A stretch of DNA of 64,000 nucleotides from Chrysomallon squamiferum. Taxonomy: Eukaryota > Animalia > Mollusca. Positions 14,166-44,212 of the stretch are shown in pieces. The stretch's first letter is position 1, and the number at the start of each line of letters is the position of its first letter. The notes beneath the pieces were generated by a model that worked only from the letters and a program-made list of their open reading frames with translations, was not told the origin of the DNA and made no database searches. Location of the stretch: assembly GCA_012295275.1 (NCBI GenBank), contig CM022675.1, forward strand, positions 124,001-188,000, written 5' to 3'. Both the position numbers and the translations under genes were made by a program.

Positions 14166-14397
14166 TTTTTTTTTTTTCATTTAATAAGAAAACAAACAAA
14201 CAAATGAATGAGTGAAAAACTAACCAAGGAAAAACAAATAATAATAATGACCCTCCGCCCGTTTACATTCCGGCTGAAAAAAAGGAAAAGGGAGGGACTG
14301 AGGAGAGAAAACAAACGAAGAAATAGGGGAAAAAATACCTTCCTTTTCAACCGATCTGTTGGTTTTTTTTTTTTTTTTTTTCCTCTCTTTCACGCAG

Positions 14398-14818
14398 GAC
14401 AAATCTGCTGGTCAAAGGCTGAGTCTCAGTAGATCGCAGTGAGGTGGCTGCTCTACTAAGTACGACACCCCGACCGAGAACTAAGTCGTCTGCGAATGAT
14501 TTGACGCCTCCACGTCGCATGGGATGGATATCGCTGGGACCCACGAGCGGCGAGAAACGGTCCTGTGCTGTGGCTCTCACCACCGCGGCCGCCATTTCTC
14601 CCCTTTTTGCCGTTGTTGGGGGGAAAAGGGAAAGAGCGGCTCGCGCGTGAAGAGTATCGTTACACTTTCGGGCGGGATTCTGACTTAGAGGCGTTCAGTC
14701 ATAATCCCTCAGATGGTAGCCTCGCACCATTGGCTTATCAGCCAAGCACGTGAACCAAATGTCTGAACCTGCGGTTCCTCTCGTACTGAGCAGGATTACC
14801 GTTGCAACGACGAGTCAT

Positions 14819-14873
<55 letters not shown>

Positions 14874-14918
14874 ATTGGTGGGTGAACAATCCAACGCTTG
14901 GTGAATTCTGCTTCACAA
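14398..14918 (-). rRNA. 28S rRNA: 28S rRNA 3'-terminal fragment (about 520 nt, 5'-truncated pseudogene)
   Basis: The reverse complement contains the conserved LSU motifs GAAGCAGAATTCACCAAGCGTTGGATTGTTCACCCAC and GTGAGCTGGGTTTAGACCGTCGTGAGACAGGTTAG, the sarcin-ricin loop AGTACGAGAGGAACC, and the ...GATTTGTC end. Confidence 0.95.
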
Positions 14919-14983
14919 ACACAGCGAGACCCACTTTTCAAAGTTTGATCTGAGCGCTGCCGTGGAAACCGAAGGTTTGTGTG

Positions 14984-15035
<52 letters not shown>

Positions 15036-15131
15036 CGTGCGTGCGTGTTGGGTTGAATAAGGTATCTTCGAACGTAAAAATGAATTGCCAGATCACGACC
15101 TTCGCGATAATTAATGTATTTTAATTTCAAT

Positions 15132-15164
<33 letters not shown>

Positions 15165-15186
15165 CATTTTATAAAAAAAAAAAAAA

Positions 15187-15264
<78 letters not shown>

Positions 15265-15686
15265 AAACAATTAATAATAACAATAATAATAATAATAAGT
15301 GGTGGTGGTGGTGGTGGTAGTGGTAGTAGTAGTAGTAGTAGTTGTTGTTGTTGTTGTAGTGATAAAGGGTCTCGTAGTTATTCTGCGTTCAGGAGTCATT
15401 TTGTATGAAATTAGTATTATTATTGTTGTTGTTGTTGTTGCTGCTGCTGCTGTTGTAGTCGTTGCTGTTGTGAACAGCGTTTCGCCTTCCGTGGTGAACA
15501 AGTGTAAAGTGTTATTGTCAATGGTTTCATAAATCATTTTGTATGAAATTATCAGTATTATTATTATTGTTGTTGTTGTTGTGGTGGTGGTGGTGGTGGT
15601 GGTGCTGCTGCGGCTGTTTTTGTTGTTGTTGTGATCAGCGTTTCGTATTTCGTGGTGATGAACTGTAAAGTGTCACGTTGTCATTG

Positions 15687-15718
<32 letters not shown>

Positions 15719-15921
15719 TCCAGTGTTTAAGGTGAAATTGACATCGGTAGCGAGTACCGAGACCCAGTTTTCTAACGTTCATCTCACCGTTACCATGGAA
15801 ACCGATCTCGGCTCGGCTCTGCTCGGCTACACTCGGGTCGGGTCGGGTCGGGTCGGTCAGCTCAGCTCCGCTCGGCTCGACGAACGAGAGAAAAGGGTTT
15901 GATCCATCAAGTGCTATTATT

Positions 15922-15953
<32 letters not shown>

Positions 15954-16046
15954 CATTCATTGTTGTTGTTGTTGTTGTTGTTGTTATTGTTGTTGTTCAT
16001 CATCATTGTTATTATTGTTATTGTTATCATCATTTCATCATCATTA

Positions 16047-16078
<32 letters not shown>

Positions 16079-16151
16079 GTTAGTAGTAGTAGTTGTAGTA
16101 GTATTATTATTATTATTATTATCATCATCATTATTATCATTACCATTATGT

Positions 16152-16189
<38 letters not shown>

Positions 16190-16224
16190 GTTATTGTTAT
16201 TGTTATTGTTATTTTTACTGTTAC

Positions 16225-16320
<96 letters not shown>

Positions 16321-17074
16321 GAAGCAGATACAGTATTAAATACTAAAATAGTTGAAACAAATAACGTCATCAGATTGAGTCTCCTTTATACAACATTAGA
16401 AAACAGTTTATACAAAACCAGAACAATTAATTATATTAAAACGTTTAAAAAATAATAAGAACAGACAGATTATTGGCAGATCCGAAAATCAAAAACAAAA
16501 TAAGTGCCGCCAAATACAGAATTCAAAATGCATTGGGGACAAGTTGTATCGGGTGCGGTGTATCTTGGGTACAAGTTGTCTAGAATTATATGTGTGTCTG
16601 TGTATTAGCTATAATTACATAAATTCAGGCTAATTAAACATGTTGATTTTATTGAACAGTAAATAATGTAGCGTATGGTGGCAAGGTATTAATGTTTACG
16701 TATGTCTTGAAAAGTCAAATAATCCCAAACTATGTTTTTACGAACATTCAACAAGTTACTGGACAAGTTCGCTCTTTCTTCCAGATAACTTTGCATTAAG
16801 TTCTTTTAGCCACGTTATTGTCTGTTCTCCATACCATGTGACATCCAGGTCTTTGTTTAAAGTAGAATAAATAATAAAGTCTTGTTTCTTGTGATTAAAA
16901 ACATCGACATAATCGAAGTAATGAATTCCATTATAAAAATTTTTTTTTCAAATTATTTTAAAAAATTATAAAAATGTAACGATAATAAAGCATTGATTTT
17001 GTCCTAGATACAATTTATTACTATGTATATGCATTAACAATAGCTGCTATAGCTTCTGCATCTACTACTGCTAT

Positions 17075-17109
<35 letters not shown>

Positions 17110-17187
17110 CACTGCTGAACTACTACAACTACTTTTATTATTATTATTACTACTACTACTACTATACTACTAACTTAACACTACTAT

Positions 17188-17255
<68 letters not shown>

Positions 17256-17278
17256 TACTACTACTACTACTACTACTA

Positions 17279-17332
<54 letters not shown>

Positions 17333-17356
17333 TACTACTTATTATACCACTATTAC

Positions 17357-17390
<34 letters not shown>

Positions 17391-17550
17391 TACTTTTTAT
17401 ACCACTATTACTATTAATATTATTATCATATTATTATCATCATCATCATCATCATTATTATACATTGATAGGACAGCAGAAACGTTTTCATCGACTAGCA
17501 GAAGCAGTATTTTATTTGTTCCTTTCCATAAACAAATAATCGACCTTTGT

Positions 17551-17613
<63 letters not shown>

Positions 17614-17769
17614 TATGTTTGTGAATTAATATGTTAGTTTTCACATAAAAAATTGAACAAACGCAAGTGGAACGAAATATCGACCTCTGGCTGAAACGAA
17701 TAATAACACGTATAAAGTCGTCTGGTTTTCTTAATTATTTTTTTATTTGTTTAAATTGCCATAGAAGAT

Positions 17770-17871
<102 letters not shown>

Positions 17872-18101
17872 ACAAACACATACTATAATTTATTCAGTTT
17901 TCTATTGTGTCTTCTACTCTATTTTGCCGTAGGCTTTGTCATGCGCGAGTTTATCTAAAGCAAGTTTTATTTTTATGACACAGATACACTACACTGTTTT
18001 ATAACTAAGTAAACAAGGGAAGGAAAAACCTGTCATGCGATCTTCTTCCTGATCCAACTTTTTTGTGCACAGTAGTTATTTAACATCTCGAAGAATCCGC
18101 C

Positions 18102-26696
<8,595 letters not shown>

Positions 26697-26895
26697 ACAA
26701 AACGTCGACGACTACGACAGAACAGAAGCCGTTGTTTCAAATTTCTGTGATTCCAGTTTATATAACCACACTGACGTAAATTCATCTCAGTATTCATTAA
26801 AAGCAGACGACATCAACTGTGAGAACGTAGATGAAGAACTGAATTTCTCTCAAAATGATGGAAATGTTTATTTCGTTCTGGAAGATGAAGATGTA

Positions 26896-26992
26896 TCCTC
26901 GTGGTGTCAGTTTTGACGCAGATAAGCAACAATCTCGCGTTGTGCAGAAATAAAGATGTTTTTCTTGTTGTTATTGACAGAGACTGAACGTA

Positions 26993-27025
<33 letters not shown>

Positions 27026-27540
27026 CATGATTAAAATATAAACATTCAATTCTATATACACATTAGGATTTTTTAGTTTGTTTCTAGTCAGAATGTGTGT
27101 ACTGAAACATTCTATATCTTTTTAACGCGGTATGGGTTTTGACACAGAACGTGTAAGTGAGTTCTATAAAAATAGACTGAAGTGGACGTGGCCTAATTGT
27201 ATGACAGTGTTCTGACTGTCAGCAGACGGCAACGTTTTGTTCAGTTTGTGAGTGAAATTCATTGTGAAACTTTGGAGATACGAGGTTGTTTGTGTATGGC
27301 TAAAAATCGCCTTTTGAAAAACAGTACTTTTAGCTGTATGGTTATGTTAATTGTTTAAACTTACCCCAAACATGTGAGTAGGAAGCATTGCTTTGTTTCA
27401 TAGGTGTAGAAAAAAACCCGTAAACAAAATCTTCACCATGTGACGTCACGGTTTTTTTTTATTATTACTATTATAATGCGCATTTGTTATTTAACGAAGG
27501 TAACTCAAAACAAATACCGCATCAAAACAAACACTGAGAC
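26896..27540. mobile_element. About 650-bp insertion at the ancestral gene end containing a MITE-like inverted-repeat element; homolog at about 49466-50072
   Basis: Flanked by diverged direct copies of ATGTTTATTTCGTTCTGGA(A)GAYGAAGATGTA. It contains the inverted repeat GCGGTATGGGTTTTGA (about 27127) / TCAAAACAAATACCGC (about 27505), and the same end is found inverted at about 43078-43128. Confidence 0.5.
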
Positions 27541-27948
27541 GATGTTTATTTCGTTCTGGATGACAAATACGTACGAGAAAATACAGCTTAACATTTATAA
27601 AATAATTTTCTACATTCACAGAAATAAAAATAAATTTATAAATGATATCAACAATTTCTCTTTCACTCTACTAATTCAACATAAAAGACTATTTAAGTTT
27701 TAATAGTTGATAAGTACTTCCTGTCATGCCATTCTCCTGTAAGAAATTACTTCCAATATGTATCCTCAGAATATTATATCATTTGAGTGACTGTTCAAAA
27801 CATTTTTATTGAAATGTCTTAAAATTTTGATATTGAAATTATACTTTTCACTTGTTATATTATGTTTTGTTAATTTGTATACTGAACTACACCTTCAAAC
27901 ATTAGAATTATGTTAATTTATTTTAATTGTTATATGTTATTATTTTTA

Positions 27949-28010
<62 letters not shown>

Positions 28011-28323
28011 GTTACTCAGAAATTGTAATAAATTAATATAAAAACAATAAAATTTAAATGATATAACTTTCTCCCTTTTTTTAATTAATAAAGAAAAGAA
28101 GAAAAGTTTGTATCTAGAGAAAAATGACACTTCATATGTGTAATACTTTTCAAATTTTTACAACAACAGATTTCACATTTCACATTGTGCATCCAGCGAA
28201 GAGTAAGCGTCCCTTGACAAGCTAGACTGAAACTAGTCTATTTACAAATTGAGGGGCGTGACAGACAGGTTGTTATGGGCTAACATGAATAGCTTCATAA
28301 CAGACGTTAAACTTTTTAACACT

Positions 28324-31300
28324 TATTTCTAACATGTACATATTTCTAACATGTACGTATTTCTAACATGTGTACGTATTTCTAACATGTACATATTTCT
28401 AACATGTACGTATTTCTAACATGTACATATTTCTAACATGTACATATTTCTAACATGTACATATTTCTAACATGTATGTATTTCTAACATGTACATGTAT
28501 TTCTAACATGTATGTATTTCTAACATGTACATATTTCTAACATGTGTTTTCTAACATGTATGTATTTCTAACATGTATTTCTAACATGTACATATTTCTA
28601 ACATGTACATATTTCTAACATGTATACATATTTCTAACATGTACATATTTCTAACATGTACATATTTCTAACATGTATGTATTTCTAACATGTACATATT
28701 TCTAACATGTGTATTTCTAACATGTACATATTTCTAACATGTACGTATTTCTAACATGTACGTATTTCTAACATGTACATATTTCTAACATGTACGTATT
28801 TCTAACATGTACATATTTCTAACATGTACGTATTTCTAACATGTACATATTTCTAACATGTACATATTTCTAACATGTACATCAAATTTCTAACATGTAC
28901 ATATTTCTAACATGTACGTATTTCTAACATGTACGTATTTCTAACATGTACGTATTTCTAACATGTACATATTTCTAACATGTACGTATTTCTAACATGT
29001 ACGTATTTCTAACATGTACATATTTCTAACATGTACATATTTCTAACATGTATGTATTTCTAACATGTACATATTTCTAACATGTACGTATTTCTAACAT
29101 GTACATATTTCTAACATGTACACATTTCTAACATGTACATTTCTAACATGTACACATTTCTAACATGTACGTATTTCTAACATGTACATATTTCTAACAT
29201 GTACGTATTTCTAACATGTACGTATTTCTAACATGTACATATTTCTAACATGTACATATTTCTAACATGTACGTATTTCTAACATGTACGTATTTCTAAC
29301 ATGTACACATTTCTAACATGTACATATTTCTAACATGTATGTATTTCTAACATGTACATATTTCTAACATGTACGTATTTCTAACATGTACGTACATATT
29401 ACACATTTCTAACATGTACATATTTCTAACATGTACGTATTTCTAACATGTACGTATTTCTAACATGTACATATTTCTAACATGTACATATTTCTAACAT
29501 GTACATATTTCTAACATGTACGTATTTCTAACATGTACATATTTCTAACATGTACGTATTTCTAACATGTACATATTTCTAACATGTACGTATTTCTAAC
29601 ATGTACGTATTTCTAACATGTACGTATTTCTAACATGTACACATTTCTAACATGTACGTATTTCTAACATGTACGTATTTCTAACATGTACATATTTCTA
29701 ACATGTACACATTTCTAACATGTACATATTTCTAACATGTACGTATTTCTAACATGTACATATTTCTAACATGTACGTATTTCTAACATGTACGTATTTC
29801 TAACATGTACACATTTCTAACATGTACATATTTCTAAAATGAACGTATTTCTAACATGTATGTATTTCTAACTTGTACATATTTCTAACATGTACGTATT
29901 TCTAACATGTACGTATTTCTAACATGTACGTATTTCTAACATGTACGTATTTCTAACATGTACACATTTCTAATGTACATATTTCTAACATGTACATATT
30001 TCTAACATGTACATATTTCTAACATGTACATATTTCTAACATGTACGTATTTCTAACAGGTACATATTTCTAACATGTACGTATTTCTAACATGTACATA
30101 TTTCTAACATGTACGTATTTCTAACATGTACGTATTTCTAACATGTACATATTTCTAACATGTACATATTTCTAACATGTACGTATTTCTAACACGTACG
30201 TATATCTAACATGTAGACATTTCTAACATGTACGTATTTCTAACGTGTACATATTTCTAACATGTACACATTTCTAACGTACGTATTTCTAACATGTACA
30301 TATTTCTAACATGTACACATTTCTAACATGTACGTATTTCTAACATGTACGTATTTCTAACATGTACATATTTCTAACATGTACGTATTTCTAACATGTA
30401 CGTATTTCTAACATGTACGTATTTCTAACATGTACATATTTCTAACATGGACATATTTCTAACATGTACACATTTCTAACATGTACACATTTCTAATATG
30501 TACGTATTTCTAACAGGAACGTATTTCTAACATGTACGTATTTCTAACATTACGTATTTCTAACATGTACACATTTCTAACGTACATATTTCTAACATGT
30601 ACATATTTCTAACATGTACACATTTCTAACATGTACATATTTCTAACATGTACGTATTTCTAACATGTACATATTTCTAACATGTACGTATTTCTAACAT
30701 GTACGTATTTCTAACATGTACACATTTCTAACATGTACGTATTTCTAACATGTACGTATTTCTAACATGTACATATTTCTAACATGTACGTATTTCTAAC
30801 ATGTACGTATTTCTAACATGTACGTATTTCTAACATGTACATATTTCTAACATGTACGTATTTCTAACATGTACGTATTTCTAACATGTATGTATTTCTA
30901 ACATGTACATATTTCTAACATGTACGTATTTCTAACATGTACGTATTTCTAACATGTACACATTTCTAACATGTACGTATTTCTAACATGTACGTATTTC
31001 TAACATGTACACATTTCTAACATATTTCTAACATGTATTTATCTAACATGTACACATTTCTAACATGTACATATTTCTAACATGTACGTACATATTTCTA
31101 ACATGTACATATTTCTAACATGTACATGTATTTCTAACATGTACATTATTTCTAACATGTATTGTATTTCTAACATGTACATATTTCTAACATGTACGTA
31201 TTTCTAACATGTACGTATTTCTAACATGTACGTATTTCTAACATGTACGTATTTCTAACATGTACATATTTCTAACATGTACGTATTTCTAACATGTACA

Positions 31301-33913
31301 TATTTCTAACATGTATGTATTTCTAACATGTACACATTTCTAACATGTACGTATTTCTAACATGTACGTATTTCTAACATGTACGTATTTCTAACATGTA
31401 CATATTTCTAACATGTACGTATTTCTAACATGTACGTATTTCTAACACGTACACATTTCTAACATGTACGTATTTCTAACATGTACGTATTTCTAACATG
31501 TACGTATTTCTAACATGTATGTATTTCTAACATGTACGTATTTCTAACATGTACGTATTTCTAACATGTACATATTTCTAACATGTACATATTTCTAACA
31601 TGTACGTATTTCTAACATACATATTTCTAACGTACATATTTCTAACATGTACATATTTCTAACATGTACATATTTCTAACATGTACGTATTTCTAACATG
31701 TATGTATTTCTAACATGTACGTATTTCTAACATGTACGTATTTCTAACATGTACATATTTCTAACATGTACATATTTCTAACATGTACGTATTTCTAACA
31801 TGTACATATTTCTAACATGTACGTATTTCTAACATGTACACATTTCTAACATGTACATATTTCTAACATGTACGTATTTCTAACATGTACGTATTTCTAA
31901 CATGTACATATTTCTAACATGTACGTATTTCTAACATGTACGTATTTCTAACATGTACGTATTTCTAACATGTACGTATTTCTAACATGTATGTATATTT
32001 CTAACATGTATGTATTTCTAACATGTACATATTTCTAACATGTACGTATTTCTAACATGTATGTATTTCTAACATGTATGTATTTCTAACATGTATGTAT
32101 TTCTAACATGTACATATTTCTAACATGTACATATTTCTAACATGTACGTATTTCTAACATGTACGTATTTCTAACATGTACATATTTCTAACATGTACGT
32201 ATTTCTAACATGTACACATTTCTAACATGTACATATTTCTAACATGTACGTATTTCTAACATGTACATATTTCTAACATGTACGTATTTCTAACATGTAC
32301 ATATTTCTAACATGTACGTATTTCTAACATGTATGTATTTCTAACATGTACATATTTCTAACATGTACGTATTTCTAACATGTACGTATTTCTAACATGT
32401 ACGTATTTCTAACATGTACGTATTTCTAACATGTACACATTTCTAACATGTACATATTTCTAACATGTACATATTTCTAACATGTACGTATTTCTAACAT
32501 GTACGTATTTCTAACATGTATGTATTTCTAACATGTACGTATTTCTAACATGTATTTCTAACGTACGTATTTAACATGTACGTATTTCTAACATGTACGT
32601 ATTTCTAACATGTACGTATTTCTAACATGTACGTATTTCTAACATGTACGTATTTCTAACATGTACGTATTTCTAACATAATTTCTAACATGTATGTATT
32701 TCTAACATGTACGTATTTCTAACATGTACATATTTCTAACATGTACGTATTTCTAACATGTACGTATTTCTAACATGTACGTATTTCTAACATGTACATA
32801 TTTCTAACATGTACATATTTCTAACATGTACACATTTCTAACATGTACGTATTTCTAACATGTACGTATTTCTAACATGTACATATTTCTAACATGTACG
32901 TATTTCTAACATGTACATATTTCTAACATGTACGTATTTCTAACATGTACACATTTCTAACATGTACGTATTTCTAACATGTACGTATTTCTAACATGTA
33001 CATATTTCTAACATGTATGTATTTCTAACATGTACATATTTCTAACATGTACGTATTTCTAACATGTACGTATTTCTAACATGTATGTATTTCTAACATG
33101 TATGTATTTCTAACATGTACGTATTTCTAACATGTACGTATTTCTAACATGTACGTATTTCTAACATGTACGTATTTCTAACATGTACGTATTTCTAACA
33201 TGTACGTATTTCTAACATGTACATATTTCTAACATGTACGTATTTCTAACATGTACATATTTCTAACATGTACGTATTTCTAACATGTACATATTTCTAA
33301 CATGTACATATTTCTAACATGTACATATTTCTAACATGTACGTATTTCTAACATGTACATATTTCTAACATGTACATATTTCTAACATGTACGTATTTCT
33401 AACATGTAATGTATTTCTAACATGTACATATTTCTAACATGTACGTATTTCTAACATGTACATATTTCTAACATGTACATATTTCTAACATGTACATATT
33501 TCTAACATGTACGTATTTCTAACATGTACATATTTCTAACATGTACATATTTCTAACATGTACATATTTCTAACATGTACGTATTTCTAACATGTACATA
33601 TTTCTAACATGTACATATTTCTAACATGTACATATTTCTAACATGTATGTATTTCTAACATGTACATATTTCTAACATGTACGTATTTCTAACATGTACA
33701 TATTTCTAACATGTACGTATTTCTAACATGTACGTATTTCTAACATGTACGTATTTCTAACATGTACGTATTTCTAACATGTAAGTATTTCTAACATGTA
33801 CGTATTTCTAACATGTACATATTTCTAACATGTACGTATTTCTAACATGTACGTATTTCTAACATGTAAGTATTTCTAACATGTACATATTTCTAACATG
33901 TATGTATTTCTAA
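28324..33913. repeat. 17-bp satellite array (ATTTCTAACATGTACRT), about 5.6 kb, roughly 330 units
   Basis: Continuous 17-nt periodicity with TACGTA, TACATA, TATGTA and TACACA variants. Confidence 0.98.
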
Positions 33914-34295
33914 TTATATGGTAGAATGTCTGTAGAAAACGGTTCACTGAAATTTACAGTGGAAAGGTTCAAACTAAAAAGCAGTGCAACAACTTGTCAA
34001 AGTCTGTGCAACTCGTACCCAAGTGTTTTGATAACACCAAATTAAAAGACTGTTTTTAAAAACTACAAATAAAACATTTTAGAAACAAGCGTTTAAAAAG
34101 TTTGAAAAGTTATAAATATTTCTCGGATGGAGATATTTAATTTGTTTACTGGAAACACATGCATGTATAAATATTGTAAATACACCCATGTCAAAATGAG
34201 GACGTATTTGTGCGTCTCAGTATATTCTGTATGTGTGTGTGTACATATAAATGTATCTATAATATTTTCTGTCTGTATGTATGTATGTATGTATG

Positions 34296-34335
<40 letters not shown>

Positions 34336-34475
34336 ATATTAACATAAATTCTGTTATCCAGCCTGTCATCTCCCACCTACAACAATGGGAGCCTGTTTGC
34401 TTACTCACACAGACACACAGACACATTCTCACACAGACACACACATACACTCACACACACTCACAGACACACACA

Positions 34476-34541
<66 letters not shown>

Positions 34542-35191
34542 CACACACACACAGACACACACAGATACAGACACACACACACAGACAGAAACACACACAC
34601 ACACAGACACAGTACAATTGAAAAATCACCTCTGAAAACAATTCAAGTCCAGATCAAGGGTAGCAGGGGTCCATCACCCACAGATTACTACAAACATTTG
34701 CAATAACTTGTTTGTTCAGCAAGTCTTTGTAGTGATATCATTTACAGTCAGAGTATTTACTTTGTTGCAGACACATCTCTGATTGAACTCTGACAACATG
34801 GCCGCATAGTCTGTTCAACAAACAAAACTACAGTAACATGATTAGTTAAATCTTTTCTTTATGAAGGAAATGTGAGCAACGTATTTCCTTATAGGTTAAA
34901 ACCAGTATCTTGTCTAATTACAGTTATTGTTAGGTGTAATTATCACAAACACACACAAGTATACATATTTTATGCTTAAGAAAACTCTTTAAATAAACCA
35001 TTTATTTTGTAACCGATTTCTATTTTGGCGAGATCTCGCGATCTTCGTCCTCGAATTACCCAGCAACGAGCACATGCGCAGTGAAATGTGAAATACCTCT
35101 GTTCAGTAAATTTATCTGTATATAAATGACTAAACATTACCAAAACTAAACACAGACAAATATACATATATCTGTCTCTGCCTGTTTTATT

Positions 35192-35298
<107 letters not shown>

Positions 35299-35536
35299 CT
35301 TTCTCTCTGTCTCTCTCTCTCTCTGTCTCTCTCTCTCTCGGGAGTTTATCTAAAACAAGTTTTATTTTTATTTATAAACAACACAGAAACACCACACTGT
35401 TCTATAACTGAGTAAACAAGGGAAGGAAAAACCTGATACGATCCTAACAACAATCTTTTACACTTTTACTCTTTTAATCTTTTAATCTTTTACTTGTTAT
35501 CTTCTTCTGGGTCTGGTCCAAGTTATTTATACATAA

Positions 35537-35609
35537 ATGTTGTCTACAGCTATTGATATTTTTATTATTTTCTTCTTGTGTATGTCACCTACCCAGTCAG
35601 AAATATTAA
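35537..35609 (+). CDS. Extra (duplicated) signal-peptide exon 1 upstream of paralog C
   Basis: MLSTAIDIFIIFFLCMSPTQSEIL with a phase-1 GTAAGT donor, preceded by a partial copy of the conserved upstream block. Confidence 0.6.
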
Positions 35610-35764
35610 GTAAGTAGATTAAAGAATAAACACACACACACGCACACACACACACAGACAGACAGAAAGAGAGAGAAAAGAGAACAGAGAGAGGTGTATT
35701 AGTGTTTGTGTGTACAATATCTTTCTTTCTATGTTTCTCTCTGTCTTTCTCACGCACACACAGT

Positions 35765-35802
<38 letters not shown>

Positions 35803-36041
35803 ATAATGTATTCAGTTTTCTATTGTGTTTTCTAATCTGTTTTGTCGTACTCTTTGTCATGCGCGAGTTTATCTAAAACAAGTTTTATTTTTATCACACA
35901 AATACACTACACTGTTCTGTAACAGTAAACAAGGGAAGGAAAAACCCGTTATCATGCTAGCAACTATCTTTTACTCTGTTATCTTGTTCCTGGTCCGGTT
36001 TGTTGTTCATTGTAGTTATTTAGCTTCTCCGAGATTCCGCC

Positions 36042-41846
<5,805 letters not shown>

Positions 41847-42236
41847 TATTTATAAAATTAAAAATTATTTGACATTTCATTTTATTATAACTATTTAACT
41901 TTATATTTTGTTTTGTTAATTTTTATATTGAACTAGATCTTCAAATATTTTTGTTTTAATTATGTTAATTTATTTTTAGTTTTTATGTATTATTATTACT
42001 TAGATGTTACTGAGAAATTATCTTAAACTGTATCAAAACAATAAAATTTAAGAATGACATACCTTTGTCCTTTTCTTAATTGAAAAGAAAGAAAGCTTAT
42101 ATCAAGAGAAATAATCACACTGATACATTTATATAATGCTTTGTTAATAAGATAACATTTCCACAACAATTCCTCAAATGTATTAAGTAAAAATAAATGA
42201 CTAGACATAACCGAAAATAAACACAAACACACAGAC

Positions 42237-42367
<131 letters not shown>

Positions 42368-42512
42368 AGGGGAAATGTGTTGGTACAGATACACTACTCT
42401 GTTCTATAAATAAATAAACAAGAGAAGGTAAAACCTGTTATCACCTAACAACTATCTTTTACTCTGTTATCTTCTTCCTGGTCCAAGTCAGATGTTCACT
42501 GTACAATCCGCC

Positions 42513-43442
42513 ATGTTGTCTACAGTTGTCAATATTTTTATTATTTTCTTCTTCTGCATGTCCACCAAGTCAGAAATACTAAGTAAGTAGATTTTACTTT
42601 ATTTGTTTCAATCAAAGAATTCTAATGTGTGTGTGTGTGTGTGTGTATGTTTCTATATATAAATAGGTACAGATATAATCAAAAGCAGGAAAAGAATAAA
42701 TATACTGACGTATTTTAAGTTAATAATAAGCTGTATATATGTAATCTATCTCTCTGTCTCTCTCTGTGTCTTTATCTGTCTTTCTATCTCAGTCTCTCTC
42801 TCTATCTTTATCTATGTCCCTTTCTCTGTCTTTCACTCTCTCCGTCAATACACATACCTTCACACATACGCTCACTCATTGACGCACACACACACACAGA
42901 CATACGTACACAAAACATAATTTGTAGATACGTATCAGTATTGCTTATTTTTTACTTGTCAAGGGATATCGGTGAAAAGATTGAATGACTAGAATGGAAT
43001 AATCTTATTTAATAGAAATTATTATAAAAAAAAGAAAAAGAAGAAGAAATAAAATGAAAAGAAAAATAAAGTTCAATTTTGATGCGGTATGGGTTTTGAC
43101 GCACCTTTGTTAGATAACAAGTGCGCACAAACACACACACACAGACACACACATACGCACATACACATACACACTCACCCACATACACACACACACAAAC
43201 ACACACATACACACACACACGCACATACACACAGAGACACACACATACACACAGGCACATACACACAGAGACACACACACATGCACATACACACAAAGAG
43301 ACACACAATGACACATACACACAGAAACACACACACACATAGAAACACACATACCCATACATACATACATTTATACATAACATTAAGAAGAAGAAAATAA
43401 AACATATTTTTCTTTTACTTTCATTTTTTCTTTTAATTATAA

Positions 43443-43509
<67 letters not shown>

Positions 43510-44122
43510 GTATGTATGTATATGTATAGAGGACAAGTTTAGATCATTATTAATAAGTAATACATATTAAATATGTTTAATAAATAAATAATAACAAAAA
43601 AAAATGAAAAAACACATCTACTTGACTTAAATATTTTGCAGTTTTATTTCTCTTTAAAATAAAATAAACTATAAAATCTCTATGAGTTTACGTTCTACAT
43701 ACAAGTCCCTTTTAGTCCCGTAAAATCAAAATGAAAATGTTAAATTTAACAAAGTTTTGATGCTAATTTATCTAACTAGACAATACGTAAAAGCTGATCA
43801 CGCGTTAAGATCCCCTAAATGTTTTTGCTTAGTATATTTTCAATACGTAGGTCCCTGGAGTGACGTATCGGCTGACGCTATGACAGACAGTTACGTCATA
43901 CTGAATGAGGCCCAGTCGTGGTGGTCTGCTGTTTATTCTGGCTGTCAGTCAAAGGGAGGAAGACTTGTAACACACTCTAAATCTGTGTCTAATGTCTGGA
44001 AACTAATGAAAGCAAATGAAACTTACTGGGTTGGTGCCACAGAAACTTACACTCCTTGGATATGGACGGGTATATTAATATATTGTATTAATTATTTGTG
44101 TTTATGCGTGCGTGCGTATATG

Positions 44123-44212
<90 letters not shown>

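Noticed and set aside
14347-14753. ORFs overlapping the 28S fragments (also 58905-59328)
   Set aside because: These are spurious frames within rRNA sequence.
14900-14975. R2-type retrotransposon insertion as the cause of the 28S truncation
   Set aside because: The breakpoint is not the R2 target (TTAAGG/TAGC), and no RT ORF or poly-A tail adjoins it.
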